A DNA stretch of 64,000 bases, taken from the NCBI GenBank assembly GCA_963755525.1, contig CAVWKC010000024.1, positions 58,251 through 122,250 of the forward strand, given 5' to 3'. The translations under genes and the position numbers were made by a program. The notes under the pieces are model-generated. The model ran no database searches and had not been told where the DNA came from. It saw only the letters and a list, made by a program, of their open reading frames with translations. Position 1 is the first letter of the stretch. Each line of letters starts with the position of its first letter. Shown one piece after another: positions 45,402 through 54,835 of this stretch. Source of the DNA: an uncultured Solirubrobacterales bacterium. Lineage in GTDB: Bacteria; Actinomycetota; Thermoleophilia; Solirubrobacterales; Solirubrobacteraceae.

Positions 45402-47036
45402 CTAAAGCAGCTTCGCGAGGCGGACGTCGGCCGCGTGCTCCGGGTCGACCAGCGCCTCTAGCGCCGAGTCATACGACGGGAACGACAGAACGCTCCCGTC
45501 GTGCAGGACCATCAGGAAGCGGTCCATGCGGCGGAGGAAGGCGCGGTCGTGGGACACCGCCACCACCACCCCGTCGAAGCTGTCGAGCGCCTTCTCGAGC
45601 GCCTCGGATGAGTCGGTGTCGAGGTTGTCCGTCGGTTCGTCGAGCAGCAGCAGGTTGTGGCCCTCGAGTTCGAGGATCAGGATCTCGAGCCGCGCCTTCT
45701 CCCCGCCGCTGAGCACGTCGTAACGGCGGCGGGCGGCATCGGCGAGCCCGTAACGCGCGAGCGCGCCCATCGCGGCCTGCATCTCGCCGCGACGCGCCAT
45801 CACGATGTCGAGGACCACGCGACCGGAGAAGTCCGCTCGCGACTGAAGTTGGGTGAACAGCCCGGCCGAGACCCGCGGGCCGGTCCGGAGCTCCCCGGTG
45901 TCGGCGGCTCGGCCGCCGGCGAGCACGTGCAGGAGCGCGCTCTTGCCCGATCCGTTCGGGCCGATGACACCGATGCGCTCACCGAGGTGAATCTCCTCCG
46001 AGAACGGCGCGACCAGTCCGGCGATCCCGACCGACCGCAGGTCGAGGACCACGCGCGCGGAGTCGCCGCCGCGGATGCGCACGGCGATCGCCTGGTCGGC
46101 GACCGGCGCCGGCGGCGGGCCGCCGGCTCGGAACCGGCGCCACCTGGTCTCCATCGCATCGGCGCGCTTGGCCCAGTCGGGCGCGTAGCGGGCGCGCTCC
46201 TTGAACGTCTTCATCAGGTGGAACAGCCGGCGTTCCTCCTCGTTCCACCGCTTGACCGCGTCCCCGAGCCGGCGCTGGCGATCCTCCCGCGCCTGCGCGT
46301 AGGTGGCGTATGAGCCGCCGTGCACCCACGCGCCATTGCCCTCGAGCGTCACGATCGTCCTGACCGCGCCGGAGAGAACCTCACGGTCGTGGGAGATCAT
46401 CACGATCGTCTTCTTGGACGCCTGCACCCGGCGCTCGAGCGCCAGCTTGGCCGGCACGTCGAGGAAGTTGTCGGGCTCGTCGAGCAGCAGTACCTCGGCG
46501 TCCGAAGCGAACAGCACGTCGAGCACGAGCTGCTTCCGCTCACCGCCCGAGAGCGTCCGCGCCGGCCGATCGGCGACCTCGGCAAACGACGCGTGGATGA
46601 TGCGCCGGCACGACGCGTCCCACTGGCCCTCGAGCTCGTACCCGCCGAGCGTCGACCAGTCGGCGATCGCCTCGCCGAGTTTCATGCCCGCCGTCGGATC
46701 TCCGGCCTCGAGCTGGGCCTCGAGCGCCAGCATGCTCTCGCCGGCCTGGCGCACGGCCCGGGGCGCCATTGAGAGCAGCAGCGCGCGGACCGTTCGGTCG
46801 CCGTCGCTCACGCCGACGTCCTGCGGCATGTAGCCGACCAGTCCGCCGACCGCGTACTCGCCCTCGTCGGGCGGCAACTCGCCGACCAGGATCTTCAGCA
46901 GCGTGCTCTTGCCGACCCCGTTCGTTCCGACGAGCCCCACGTGCTGTCCCGGTGAGACCCGGAACGACACCTCCGAGAACAACAGGTCACCGCCCGGATG
47001 GGCGTACGCCAGATTCGAGACCCCCACATGCGCCAT
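45402..47036 (-). CDS. ABC-F family ATP-binding protein
   Basis: Two NBDs (GTNGVGKS/LSGGE/LDEP and GPNGSGKS/LSGGE/LDEP) and no TM segments. Confidence 0.93.
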   Translation of the reverse strand: MAHVGVSNLAYAHPGGDLLFSEVSFRVSPGQHVGLVGTNGVGKSTLLKILVGELPPDEGEYAVGGLVGYMPQDVGVSDGDRTVRALLLSMAPRAVRQAGESMLALEAQLEAGDPTAGMKLGEAIADWSTLGGYELEGQWDASCRRIIHASFAEVADRPARTLSGGERKQLVLDVLFASDAEVLLLDEPDNFLDVPAKLALERRVQASKKTIVMISHDREVLSGAVRTIVTLEGNGAWVHGGSYATYAQAREDRQRRLGDAVKRWNEEERRLFHLMKTFKERARYAPDWAKRADAMETRWRRFRAGGPPPAPVADQAIAVRIRGGDSARVVLDLRSVGIAGLVAPFSEEIHLGERIGVIGPNGSGKSALLHVLAGGRAADTGELRTGPRVSAGLFTQLQSRADFSGRVVLDIVMARRGEMQAAMGALARYGLADAARRRYDVLSGGEKARLEILILELEGHNLLLLDEPTDNLDTDSSEALEKALDSFDGVVVAVSHDRAFLRRMDRFLMVLHDGSVLSFPSYDSALEALVDPEHAADVRLAKLL

Positions 47037-47171
47037 CGCTCCATGTTCGCACCACGTCGTCTGACGGGACGGCTAGGGCGCGTTAGCGACTCCAGTCGGT
47101 CGGATCGACACAGTGCCCGGCTCCGTCGAGCGTTGGGCGTGACATCGGCACCGGTATCCGCTTCCGCCAGC

Positions 47172-47348
47172 GTGCGAGCTTCACGGCTCGGCTCACGGGC
47201 AACACCCTGACCGGCTCGGCGAGGGTCACACAAACGTTTCTGGCGACGGGTGACCTGCAACAGTCCGCGGGTGACGTTCAGCGTCGGGTGTGACCCCGTT
47301 TCGTCCTGGCCGGGCGGGGTGGCGAGCCCGAAAGTCGACACTCGGCAT
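47172..47348 (+). ncRNA. Candidate rod-shaped structured RNA or palindromic element
   Basis: At least five nested helices around GGGTCACAC/GTGTGACCC. G-U pairs favour the + strand. Confidence 0.3.
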
Positions 47349-47362
47349 GATGGGAGACTGCG

Positions 47363-47749
47363 ATGAGCGATGAGCGAACCGTCGTGCGGCTCCCTGGCCT
47401 CCGGCAATCAGAGGCAAACGAGTTGGCCGAGAACGTGGGTACCGAGGCAACCATCCTCGCGGACGCGTCGCCGCCCGTCGGCGGCTACGGGGACCTCGGG
47501 ACCAGAACCGTCGCTGTAACCGTTACTCGCCGGACGCTGCGCGCGGTCGCGAGGCATCTCGCGGATCGGCAGGGCTCACGCGCCGATACGGTCAGCCTGA
47601 GAGTCGAGATCGACGACCCCGACGGAACTCGGCACAGCGAGACGCTCACCTACCGCGCCGCGCCGGGGCAATCGCCCGTCAACGCCGCGGAGACCGCGCT
47701 CCGCGAGCTGCCCGCTATCCGTGACGCTCTCGATCGCAGTCTGTGGTAG
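47363..47749 (+). CDS. Hypothetical protein, weakly EACC1-like
   Basis: GGGAG RBS, 128 aa, with G.LG-helix-V.I..PDG layout. Confidence 0.6.
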   Translation: MSDERTVVRLPGLRQSEANELAENVGTEATILADASPPVGGYGDLGTRTVAVTVTRRTLRAVARHLADRQGSRADTVSLRVEIDDPDGTRHSETLTYRAAPGQSPVNAAETALRELPAIRDALDRSLW

Positions 47750-47882
47750 CGGCTGCCGGGCTCCGTCGACCTAGATCACCGAGCCCGCGCTGAGGGCTTC
47801 AGAGCCGGCGGCGGCGGACGATCGCAACGCCGGTGTGCGATCGTGAGTGGTGTGGCATGACAAACGGCGAGCGGAGCAGCGG

Positions 47883-49217
47883 ATGAGTGCGGGCGAGATT
47901 GGCCAGGTAGAGCACGGATCAGGCGAGAGGACGGACGGATTGGCGAGCCGGAGCACGGTGACGGTGATCGACAACCGGACGGGGGACCGGTTCGAACTCC
48001 CGATCGAGGACGGGGCGGTTCGCAGTTCGGAGTTCGGGCGGGCGGCGAGTGGGCTGCTGCTGTACGACCCGGGGCTGTCGAGCACGGCCGTGTGTCGCAG
48101 CGCGATCACGTACATCGATGGGGAGGGCGGGATCCTCCAGCACCGTGGTTATCGGATCGAGGCGCTGTGCGAGCGCGCGAACTTCCTGGAGTTGGCGTAT
48201 CTGTTGATCAACGGGGAGTTGCCGACCGTCGAGCAGTACGAGGCGTGGTTGCACGAGATCGGTACTCGGAACTTCGTTCACGAGAACGTCAAGGGGTTCA
48301 TCGAGGGATTCCGGTATGACGCCCGGCCGATCGCCATGGTGGCTGCGTCGGTCGGGGCGCTTTCCAGCTTCTATACCGACGCTGACGAGGTGCACGACGA
48401 GGCGGCCCGGGAGCGGCAGGTGGTTCGCCTGCTGGCGAAGTTGCCGACCCTGGCGGCCTTCGCCTACCGCCACATGCGGGGGCTGCCGTACGTTCACCCC
48501 GAGGATCACCTCAGCTACACGGGGAACCTGCTGTCGATGATGTTCCGGATGAGCGAGCTTCGCTATACCCCGGACCCGGTCATGGAGCGCGCGCTGGACG
48601 TGCTGCTGATGGTGCATGCCGACCACGAGCAGAACGCGTCGACGACGGCAGTCCGCGCGGTCGGGTCCACGCACGTCAATCCATACGCCGCCGTAGCCGC
48701 GGGTGTGAGCGCGCTGTCGGGGCCGATGCGGGGCGGCGCCGCCCAGGATGTACTGGGGATGCTCAGGGGGATCGGATCGCCAGGCCAAGTCCCCGAGTTC
48801 CTCGCGCGCGTGAAGTCGGCGAACGAACGGCTGCTGGGGTTCGGGCATTGGATCTACAACACCTACGACCCGAGGGCGCGTGTGCTGCGTCAGCAGCTCG
48901 AGAAGCTATACGAGCATCGCCGGCCCGACCCGTTGTTCGCGATCGCTGACGAGCTCGAGCGGCGAGTGCTCGAAGACGAGTACTTCACTTCGCGCGCGCT
49001 GTACCCGAACCTCGACCTGTACTCCGGGCTCACGTACGAGGCGATCGGGATCGCGCCGCCGATGTTCCCGGTGATGTTCGCGCTCGCCCGTAGCGCCGGG
49101 TGGATCGCGCAGTGGGTCGAGATGGTCAAGGACCTCGAGCAGACGACGTTCCGGCCGCTTCAGATCTACACGGGTGCGCTCGACCGCGAGTACGTGGACG
49201 TCCGCGAGCGGGGCTGA
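47883..49217 (+). CDS. Citrate synthase homologue with active-site substitutions
   Basis: YDPG, SAITYIDG..G.L.HRGY, HADHEQNAST and YPNLD are present, but GPMRGGAA and GFGHWIY replace GPLHGGAN and GFGHRVY. Confidence 0.9.
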   Translation: MSAGEIGQVEHGSGERTDGLASRSTVTVIDNRTGDRFELPIEDGAVRSSEFGRAASGLLLYDPGLSSTAVCRSAITYIDGEGGILQHRGYRIEALCERANFLELAYLLINGELPTVEQYEAWLHEIGTRNFVHENVKGFIEGFRYDARPIAMVAASVGALSSFYTDADEVHDEAARERQVVRLLAKLPTLAAFAYRHMRGLPYVHPEDHLSYTGNLLSMMFRMSELRYTPDPVMERALDVLLMVHADHEQNASTTAVRAVGSTHVNPYAAVAAGVSALSGPMRGGAAQDVLGMLRGIGSPGQVPEFLARVKSANERLLGFGHWIYNTYDPRARVLRQQLEKLYEHRRPDPLFAIADELERRVLEDEYFTSRALYPNLDLYSGLTYEAIGIAPPMFPVMFALARSAGWIAQWVEMVKDLEQTTFRPLQIYTGALDREYVDVRERG

Positions 49218-49235
49218 ACTCCTAGTGTCGCCGTC

Positions 49236-50477
49236 TTGAGCGACCGCCGTCCCCGGCGCTGGCCGTGGGTCGTGTTGGCGGTGATCGTGATCGTCGTCGC
49301 CGCGGTCGTGGTTCGCTTGATCACGCTGACGCCCCCGAACCTCATTGTGCGCGTCGCGTTCCCGATGACCGCGCGGCTCCCCGGCGCCGCTCCCGAACCT
49401 GCATGGCCGGCCGGCGGCCAGGCCGCGCTCGTAGCCCAGGGAATCGGCTCGCTTGGATCCGCCGGTGGTAACGAGCCGAGGCCGATCGCCAGCCTCGCCA
49501 AGGTGATGACCGCCTACCTGACGCTGAGGAAGTATCCGCTGAGCGGGACCGGCGGGGGCTTCGTGCTCACGGTGAGCCCAGCTGAGGCCCGGTCAGAAGT
49601 GCGGGATGCCGAGCAGGACCAGTCCGTCGTCGCGGTGCGGGCGGGGGAGCGTCTTGACGAGCGGCAGCTGCTCGAAGCGTTGCTGGTCCCGTCCGGAGAC
49701 AACATCGCCCGAATGCTCGCCGCATACGAGGCCGGCAGCGTCTCGCGGTTCGTGGTGGAGATGAACCGCACGGCACGGGCGATGGGTATGGACAAGACCA
49801 CATACACCGACCCGAGCGGCTACGAGCCCACAACGGTGTCAGATGCCGGTGACCAACTCCGTGTATTCAAGCGGGCATTGCGGTTCGCCGCGTTCCGCCA
49901 GATCGTCTCGATGTCCAGCGTTTCCCTCCCCGTCGCCGGGAAAGTCAAGAACTACGACCCGCTGATCTCCGACGGCTTCTACGGTAAGACGGGCTCGGAC
50001 TCCGAGGCGGAGGGCTGTCTTGCATTCGTCAAGGACCTGAAGGTTGCCGGGCGGCGGTTGTCCGTGATCGGCGTCGTGCTCGGCCAGGGTGAGGGTTCCG
50101 CGACATCGGTCATCCTTGCGGCGGCCGCCGCGGCAGCACGGCGGCTCGTCGCGTCCGTGGCCCCGGCGATCCGGGCCCGCACAGTCCTTCCGGCCGGCAC
50201 CGCCGTCGTCATCGCCACCTCCGCGAACGGGCACCGGGTCCGCGGCGTAACGGCTGGCCCGCTCAGGGTGATCGGCTGGGGAGGCATCCCGGAGCACCTC
50301 ACAATTCGCGCGCGTTCGCTCGCAGCTGACCATCTCAGCGCCGGCGAGCTCCTCGGGCGGGCCGCCCTGACGGGGAACCTGCCCACGACCGCCGCCGGCC
50401 TCACCCGAACGGCGGTGCGTACGCCCGCGGCGCTCGCCGCGCCTGGAATCTCCTGGCGGCTTGCGCATCTGCTCTGA
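49236..50477 (+). CDS. D-alanyl-D-alanine carboxypeptidase (peptidase S11)
   Basis: N-terminal TM, IASLAK (SxxK), SGDN, DPSG and KTG. TAGTGT lies 7 nt before the TTG. Confidence 0.9.
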   Translation: MSDRRPRRWPWVVLAVIVIVVAAVVVRLITLTPPNLIVRVAFPMTARLPGAAPEPAWPAGGQAALVAQGIGSLGSAGGNEPRPIASLAKVMTAYLTLRKYPLSGTGGGFVLTVSPAEARSEVRDAEQDQSVVAVRAGERLDERQLLEALLVPSGDNIARMLAAYEAGSVSRFVVEMNRTARAMGMDKTTYTDPSGYEPTTVSDAGDQLRVFKRALRFAAFRQIVSMSSVSLPVAGKVKNYDPLISDGFYGKTGSDSEAEGCLAFVKDLKVAGRRLSVIGVVLGQGEGSATSVILAAAAAAARRLVASVAPAIRARTVLPAGTAVVIATSANGHRVRGVTAGPLRVIGWGGIPEHLTIRARSLAADHLSAGELLGRAALTGNLPTTAAGLTRTAVRTPAALAAPGISWRLAHLL

Positions 50478-50524
50478 ATGAATTCCCGGTTCTCAGAGTT
50501 GCCTGTGAGTCGAGGAATCCGCGG

Positions 50525-51436
50525 TTAGAGGCGTTTCCCACCGGGCTGCACTGTGTCGGTCGGGTGGCCAGGCAGCCGATTTCTTGAGTAGAACGGCGGT
50601 GGGCTTGGTGTGGCGTCGCTTTGTGAGTAGCCGACCTGGAATGAGCTGCCGGAGCGCAGCAGTGCGGATGGGCTCGACTTGCTCGCTGGCCCGTACCCGA
50701 TGAACACCCGGCCGCCCGAGGAGAGCACGATCTTGGTGGTGTCCCAGGCCGGGCTTGCGATTGGTCCATCGAAGCCCGTGGTGGTGCGCGCTCGGGCTGC
50801 GGTGAAGATCGTCGAGCCGAAGTTGGTCAGCGGCAGCGGCTCGCAGAAGTTGATCGTTGCGCACGCGGAGGGTGCCTCGGCGATCCACTCGGCCGAGCTG
50901 GTGTCGACCAACTTGGCCGTGATCTCCTTCGAGAAGGATTCGTGCTGTGTGTGGTCCGTGAGTCGGAGGGTGACGCGGTGTCCCGAGACGACCACGCTGG
51001 CGCTCATGAGGTCGCCGGGCTTGACGGTCATCCGGATGCCGTTCATCGGAGCGGGGACGAGCTCGTACCACGCCGAGGATGTGATGGTCCCCGAAGCGCT
51101 GCAGTCGAGCCCGGTGCCGATCTGCTCGAGCGCATCCGAGCTTGGGCTGTCGCCACCGAGGCCGACCCAGAACGCGGAGTAGGTCGCGTCGCCCTTCTGG
51201 CAGGTGGCGTTCGGTTGCGTCCAGGAGGCCTGCACGAGGCGGAAGCTGACGCCGTTACGGTGCGCGACGTAGCCGGACCAGTTCGCGCTTGTGCTCGTGT
51301 CGGCTAGCGCCGGAGCTGGGCAGACCGCGAGGCCTCCCGCGCATGCGAGCAGCAGGGTCAGTCGGCGCGCGGCGCGCGCGTCAAGGAACCGGCGTCGTCG
51401 CCATCGAGCAGGCGGTGGCGCGTAATTCAGCAGCAC
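50525..51436 (-). CDS. Secreted G1-family glutamic peptidase (eqolisin)
   Basis: SANWSGY, WVGLGG, LEQIGT (catalytic Q), AWYEL and SAEWIAE (catalytic E). Confidence 0.92.
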   Translation of the reverse strand: MLLNYAPPPARWRRRRFLDARAARRLTLLLACAGGLAVCPAPALADTSTSANWSGYVAHRNGVSFRLVQASWTQPNATCQKGDATYSAFWVGLGGDSPSSDALEQIGTGLDCSASGTITSSAWYELVPAPMNGIRMTVKPGDLMSASVVVSGHRVTLRLTDHTQHESFSKEITAKLVDTSSAEWIAEAPSACATINFCEPLPLTNFGSTIFTAARARTTTGFDGPIASPAWDTTKIVLSSGGRVFIGYGPASKSSPSALLRSGSSFQVGYSQSDATPSPPPFYSRNRLPGHPTDTVQPGGKRL

Positions 51437-51517
51437 GGAAGACGACTGTGACCACCGAAGATAAGAAATCGGTGAGTCGGCCAGCGGGATGCTCGCGCAC
51501 GTGTAGGAAGTCGCCGT

Positions 51518-51823
51518 TCACGCGGGTGACGCACCTGAGTTGTCGACGAGCTGAGCGATCTCCACGAACTCGATCGTGGGTTCGACGCCGTACAGGCCGG
51601 TCACTCGCTCGCGCATCTCATCTGAGAAGAAGCTCTTGGCGGCGTCCGCCGATTCCCAGACATAGAAGTTCATCGCGCGGTGTCCCGTGTCGTCGACGGT
51701 GAATACCTTGGACCTCAGCCCGGGCATGCCCTCAAATGTCCCGCGGGCTTTGTCCGCAATGGCGACCACGCGGGCGCGATCGAAGTCCTCGCCGTATTGG
51801 AAGGTGACGCTCACACCGATCAC
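51518..51823 (-). CDS. YdhR-like dimeric alpha-beta barrel protein
   Basis: GGGAG RBS and GTG start, then GMPGLRSKVF and FYVWES. Confidence 0.8.
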   Translation of the reverse strand: MIGVSVTFQYGEDFDRARVVAIADKARGTFEGMPGLRSKVFTVDDTGHRAMNFYVWESADAAKSFFSDEMRERVTGLYGVEPTIEFVEIAQLVDNSGASPA

Positions 51824-51905
51824 TGTGCTTCTCCCGTATATCCAGGCGAGCCCGCGAATCGGCGAACGGCTCGCACATTTGCGTTCGGGTGTGACCCTAT
51901 AGCGC

Positions 51906-52465
51906 TTGGACGAGCGTCGTCGACCGGCTGACGTTCTCCCAGCCGTCGAGGTCGGCGCGCAGCTGGTCGAAGGGTTGCGCGAGGGTCGGCTGGATGCGGG
52001 CCTGACCCGTCCGCCGCTCGTCGACGACGTCGCGACCGAGCATGTCCTCACCGAACCCGTGGCGGCCGTGCTGCCCGTCGGGCATCCGTTGGCGGCAGCC
52101 GAGACGCTCGAGCTCGCCGACCTGGCCGGAGAGCCGTGGGTGCTGACGCCGCGGTCGTCGTGGGAGCCGTGGCACCGCAAGTACGACCAGGACTTCGCCG
52201 TCGCGGGCTTTCTGCCCAACGTGGTCCAGCGCGGCACCAGCGTCCAGAGCCTGCTCGCGCTCGTTGCCGCCGGCGTCGGCGTCACTCGGCTGCCGATGTC
52301 GGCCCGTACCCTGCGCGACACCGGCGTGAGCTTCGTGCCGCTGCGCGGCGAGTACGCCGACGTCGTGGTCGCGTGGATCGACGACCGCCCCCGCCCCGGG
52401 TCCGGGTGCTGATCGATGTCCTTCGCGCCACCGCCCAGGAGTCGAATCTCCTGAGCGCGGGTTGA
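51906..52465 (+). pseudogene. LysR substrate-binding domain fragment lacking the HTH
   Basis: LREGRLDAGL, AVLP.GHPLA and LVAAGVGV. No N-terminal HTH, and a frameshift at ~52400. Confidence 0.75.
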
Positions 52466-52474
52466 AGGCGCGCC

Positions 52475-53557
52475 TCACGCGGCGACGGCGCGTATGCGAA
52501 TCCGGGGACGGGCGTTGTTGACGTAGCCCTTGGGGTTCCAGACGGTCGCCTCGTCTTCGGGTTGGGTGGCCGCCGAGGAGTCCCACGCGCGCACGAGCAG
52601 CTCGTGCTCGCCGGGCGCGAGATCGAGCGTGATGCGCCATTGCCGCCACGCCCACCGGCCGAGATCCTGGAGCAGCTCCGCTTGCTTCCAGGTCGCGCCG
52701 CGGTCGACGGACACGTCGACGCGTGCCGCGTACCGGTCGCCGCCGGCGAACGCATACCCGTGCACGTCGACCGGGCCAGCGGCGACGGTCTCGCCGTCGC
52801 GAGGGGACAGGACATCGGCGTTGAGCGCCACCAGCCCGAGCGGCATTCCGACACCCGGTCCCGGGGTTCCGTCCGCGGGCACGAGCCGGTAGACCACGTG
52901 CTGGTAGTAGCCCATCCACGGCTCGGGACGTAGCTCGACGCGCTGGAGCCATTTGACGCTGCGGGCGCCGATGTAACCGGGCACCACCACTCGGAGCGGG
53001 GCGCCGTGCACCGGTTCGAGCGGCTCGCCGTTCATCGCCCAGGCGAGCAGCACCTCCGATCGCCTGGCCTTGTCGAGCGGGATCGAGCCGCCGAACAGCT
53101 GCGTGGGCTTCGCCTCCGGACACTGGTCCGCACCCTCGAACCCGACGTCGGTCGCGTCGTCGAGCGGTGCCGCGAGAGCGAGCACGTCGCCGAGCGAGAC
53201 GCCGGTCCAGATCGCGGTGCCGGTGGCACCGGGACCCCACGGCGCCTCGCCTGGGATGTCGCGGATCGCGACCAGCCCCGCGCGCCGGTTGCCGGCGCAC
53301 TGAAGCGTCGCGGTCACGGTCCGCTCGCGAAACGCCTCGCGCAACGTCTCCAGCGACAGGCTCAGCTCGCGCTCGACCAGCCCGTGTACCTGTAGATGCC
53401 AGCCGTCGGCGTCGATCTCCGGCACCGTGCCGTGGCCGCGAACGTAGAACGCGTCAGTGTTCGTCACCGGATCGGTCAGCGCCTCCAGACCGGTCTCGGC
53501 GTTGAACGGCTCCTGTTGGTGCACCACCAGGTCGTCGCGCTTGCCAAACCGCCCCAT
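52475..53557 (-). CDS. Sulfite oxidase-family molybdoenzyme
   Basis: FYVRGH, LQCAGNRR, MNGEPL...HGAPLRVVVPGYIGARSVKWL and WNPKGY.NN. Confidence 0.95.
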   Translation of the reverse strand: MGRFGKRDDLVVHQQEPFNAETGLEALTDPVTNTDAFYVRGHGTVPEIDADGWHLQVHGLVERELSLSLETLREAFRERTVTATLQCAGNRRAGLVAIRDIPGEAPWGPGATGTAIWTGVSLGDVLALAAPLDDATDVGFEGADQCPEAKPTQLFGGSIPLDKARRSEVLLAWAMNGEPLEPVHGAPLRVVVPGYIGARSVKWLQRVELRPEPWMGYYQHVVYRLVPADGTPGPGVGMPLGLVALNADVLSPRDGETVAAGPVDVHGYAFAGGDRYAARVDVSVDRGATWKQAELLQDLGRWAWRQWRITLDLAPGEHELLVRAWDSSAATQPEDEATVWNPKGYVNNARPRIRIRAVAA

Positions 53558-53597
53558 CGGCTCAGCTTAGGGCGCACCGCAGGCGTGCGGTCTGCGG

Positions 53598-54473
53598 CTA
53601 GGCCGCCACCGCCTCGGCGACGAACGCCCGGACGAGCGCCGAGTCGTCGCGAGCGCGGGTGATCGCGACGAGCTCAGAGCGCGGCGCCCCGGTCACCGGC
53701 CGGTAGGTGACGCCGTCGAGCGCGAGCCGGCTGACCGAGGCCGGGACCAGCGAGACACCGGTGCCGGCGGCGACCAGCCCGATGATCGTCAGCATCTCCG
53801 GCGCGTACTGGATCACCCGCGGTCCGGCGCCGGTGCCGGCCAGCGCGCCGATCAAGAGGTCGTGGAACCCGGGCGCCTGATCGCGCGGGAACAGGACCAG
53901 CGGCTCGGCCGCGAGCCGGCCGAGCGACACCCGCCCGAGCCTCGCCAACGCGTGACCAGCGGGCAACGCCGCCACCGTCCGCTCGCGCAGCACGGTCTCC
54001 GCACGTAGCTCGCCGTCGTCGTCGATCGGGGGGCGCACGAGGCCGACGTCGATGACGCCGGCGCTAACCGCGCGGAGCTGATCGACCGTCGAGCGCTCGC
54101 GCAGCTCGATTGCGACTCCGGGTCGCGAGGCGCGAAAGCGCTCGACGGACCCCGGGACGATCGACAGCAGCGCCGAACCTACGAACCCGACCCGGAGTCG
54201 CCCGGTCTGCCCGGCGTCGACCCGCTTCGCGGTGGCGACCGCGCCCTCGAGCTCGGCGAGCACGATGCGGGCGTCGCGCAGGAACGCCTCGCCGGCCGGC
54301 GTGAGCTGGACGCGCCGGCGCGTACGGGTCAGCAGCGCGAACCCGAGCTCGTCCTCGAGCGCGCGGATCTGCTGGCTGAGCGGTGGCTGCGAGATGTGCA
54401 GCCGCTCGGCGGCGCGGCGGAAATGCAGCTCCTCCGCGACCGCGACGAAGTAGCGAAGCTGGCGAAGTTCCAT
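53598..54473 (-). CDS. LysR-family transcriptional regulator
   Basis: MELRQLRYFVAVAEELHF.RAAERL.ISQPPLSQQI. Divergent from the sox operon. Confidence 0.97.
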   Translation of the reverse strand: MELRQLRYFVAVAEELHFRRAAERLHISQPPLSQQIRALEDELGFALLTRTRRRVQLTPAGEAFLRDARIVLAELEGAVATAKRVDAGQTGRLRVGFVGSALLSIVPGSVERFRASRPGVAIELRERSTVDQLRAVSAGVIDVGLVRPPIDDDGELRAETVLRERTVAALPAGHALARLGRVSLGRLAAEPLVLFPRDQAPGFHDLLIGALAGTGAGPRVIQYAPEMLTIIGLVAAGTGVSLVPASVSRLALDGVTYRPVTGAPRSELVAITRARDDSALVRAFVAEAVAA

Positions 54474-54540
54474 GATTCGTTTAGCGAATCAATAGAGCTT
54501 AATTAGATATTGGACAAGATCACAGGGTCAGGCGTAGGTT
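54474..54540 (+). promoter_or_regulatory. LysR box and putative sox operon promoter
   Basis: Dyad GATTCG-TTTAG-CGAATC (54474-54490, contains T-N11-A), then TGGACA-N18-TAGGTT. Confidence 0.7.
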
Positions 54541-54559
54541 TGCCCTGGCGAGACGCGTC

Positions 54560-54835
54560 ATGTCCTTCCTCTTAACGTGCCCCAACTGCGGCGTCCGCGA
54601 AGTGACCGACTTCGGCTACGGCGGCGAGATCTCAGCGCGGCCCAAGTCGCGTCCCACGCTCCGAGAGCTCGGCGAGTACAACTACTTCCGCCGCAATCGC
54701 GCCGGCGTTCAGCGCGAATGGTGGTTTCACCGGTCGGGTTGCCGCGCCTGGTTCATCGCCGAGCGCGACACGGTCACGAACGAGGTACTGCTGACCGAGT
54801 TGCCCGCTGAGCCCGGCGGAGGGGGGGCCGTATGA
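54560..54835 (+). CDS. soxD: Sarcosine oxidase subunit delta
   Basis: CPNCG.R, F.YGGE, R.N.AG...EWW.H..GC. Confidence 0.92.
   Translation: MSFLLTCPNCGVREVTDFGYGGEISARPKSRPTLRELGEYNYFRRNRAGVQREWWFHRSGCRAWFIAERDTVTNEVLLTELPAEPGGGGAV

Noticed and set aside
43253-47036. Antibiotic-resistance cassette (PAT-like GNAT, VOC, ABC-F)
   Set aside because: These families are ubiquitous, and no specificity or mobile context can be supported from the sequence.
47297-47307. Hammerhead ribozyme (GGACGAAAC on the - strand)
   Set aside because: No CUGANGA core or matching stem II partner was found.
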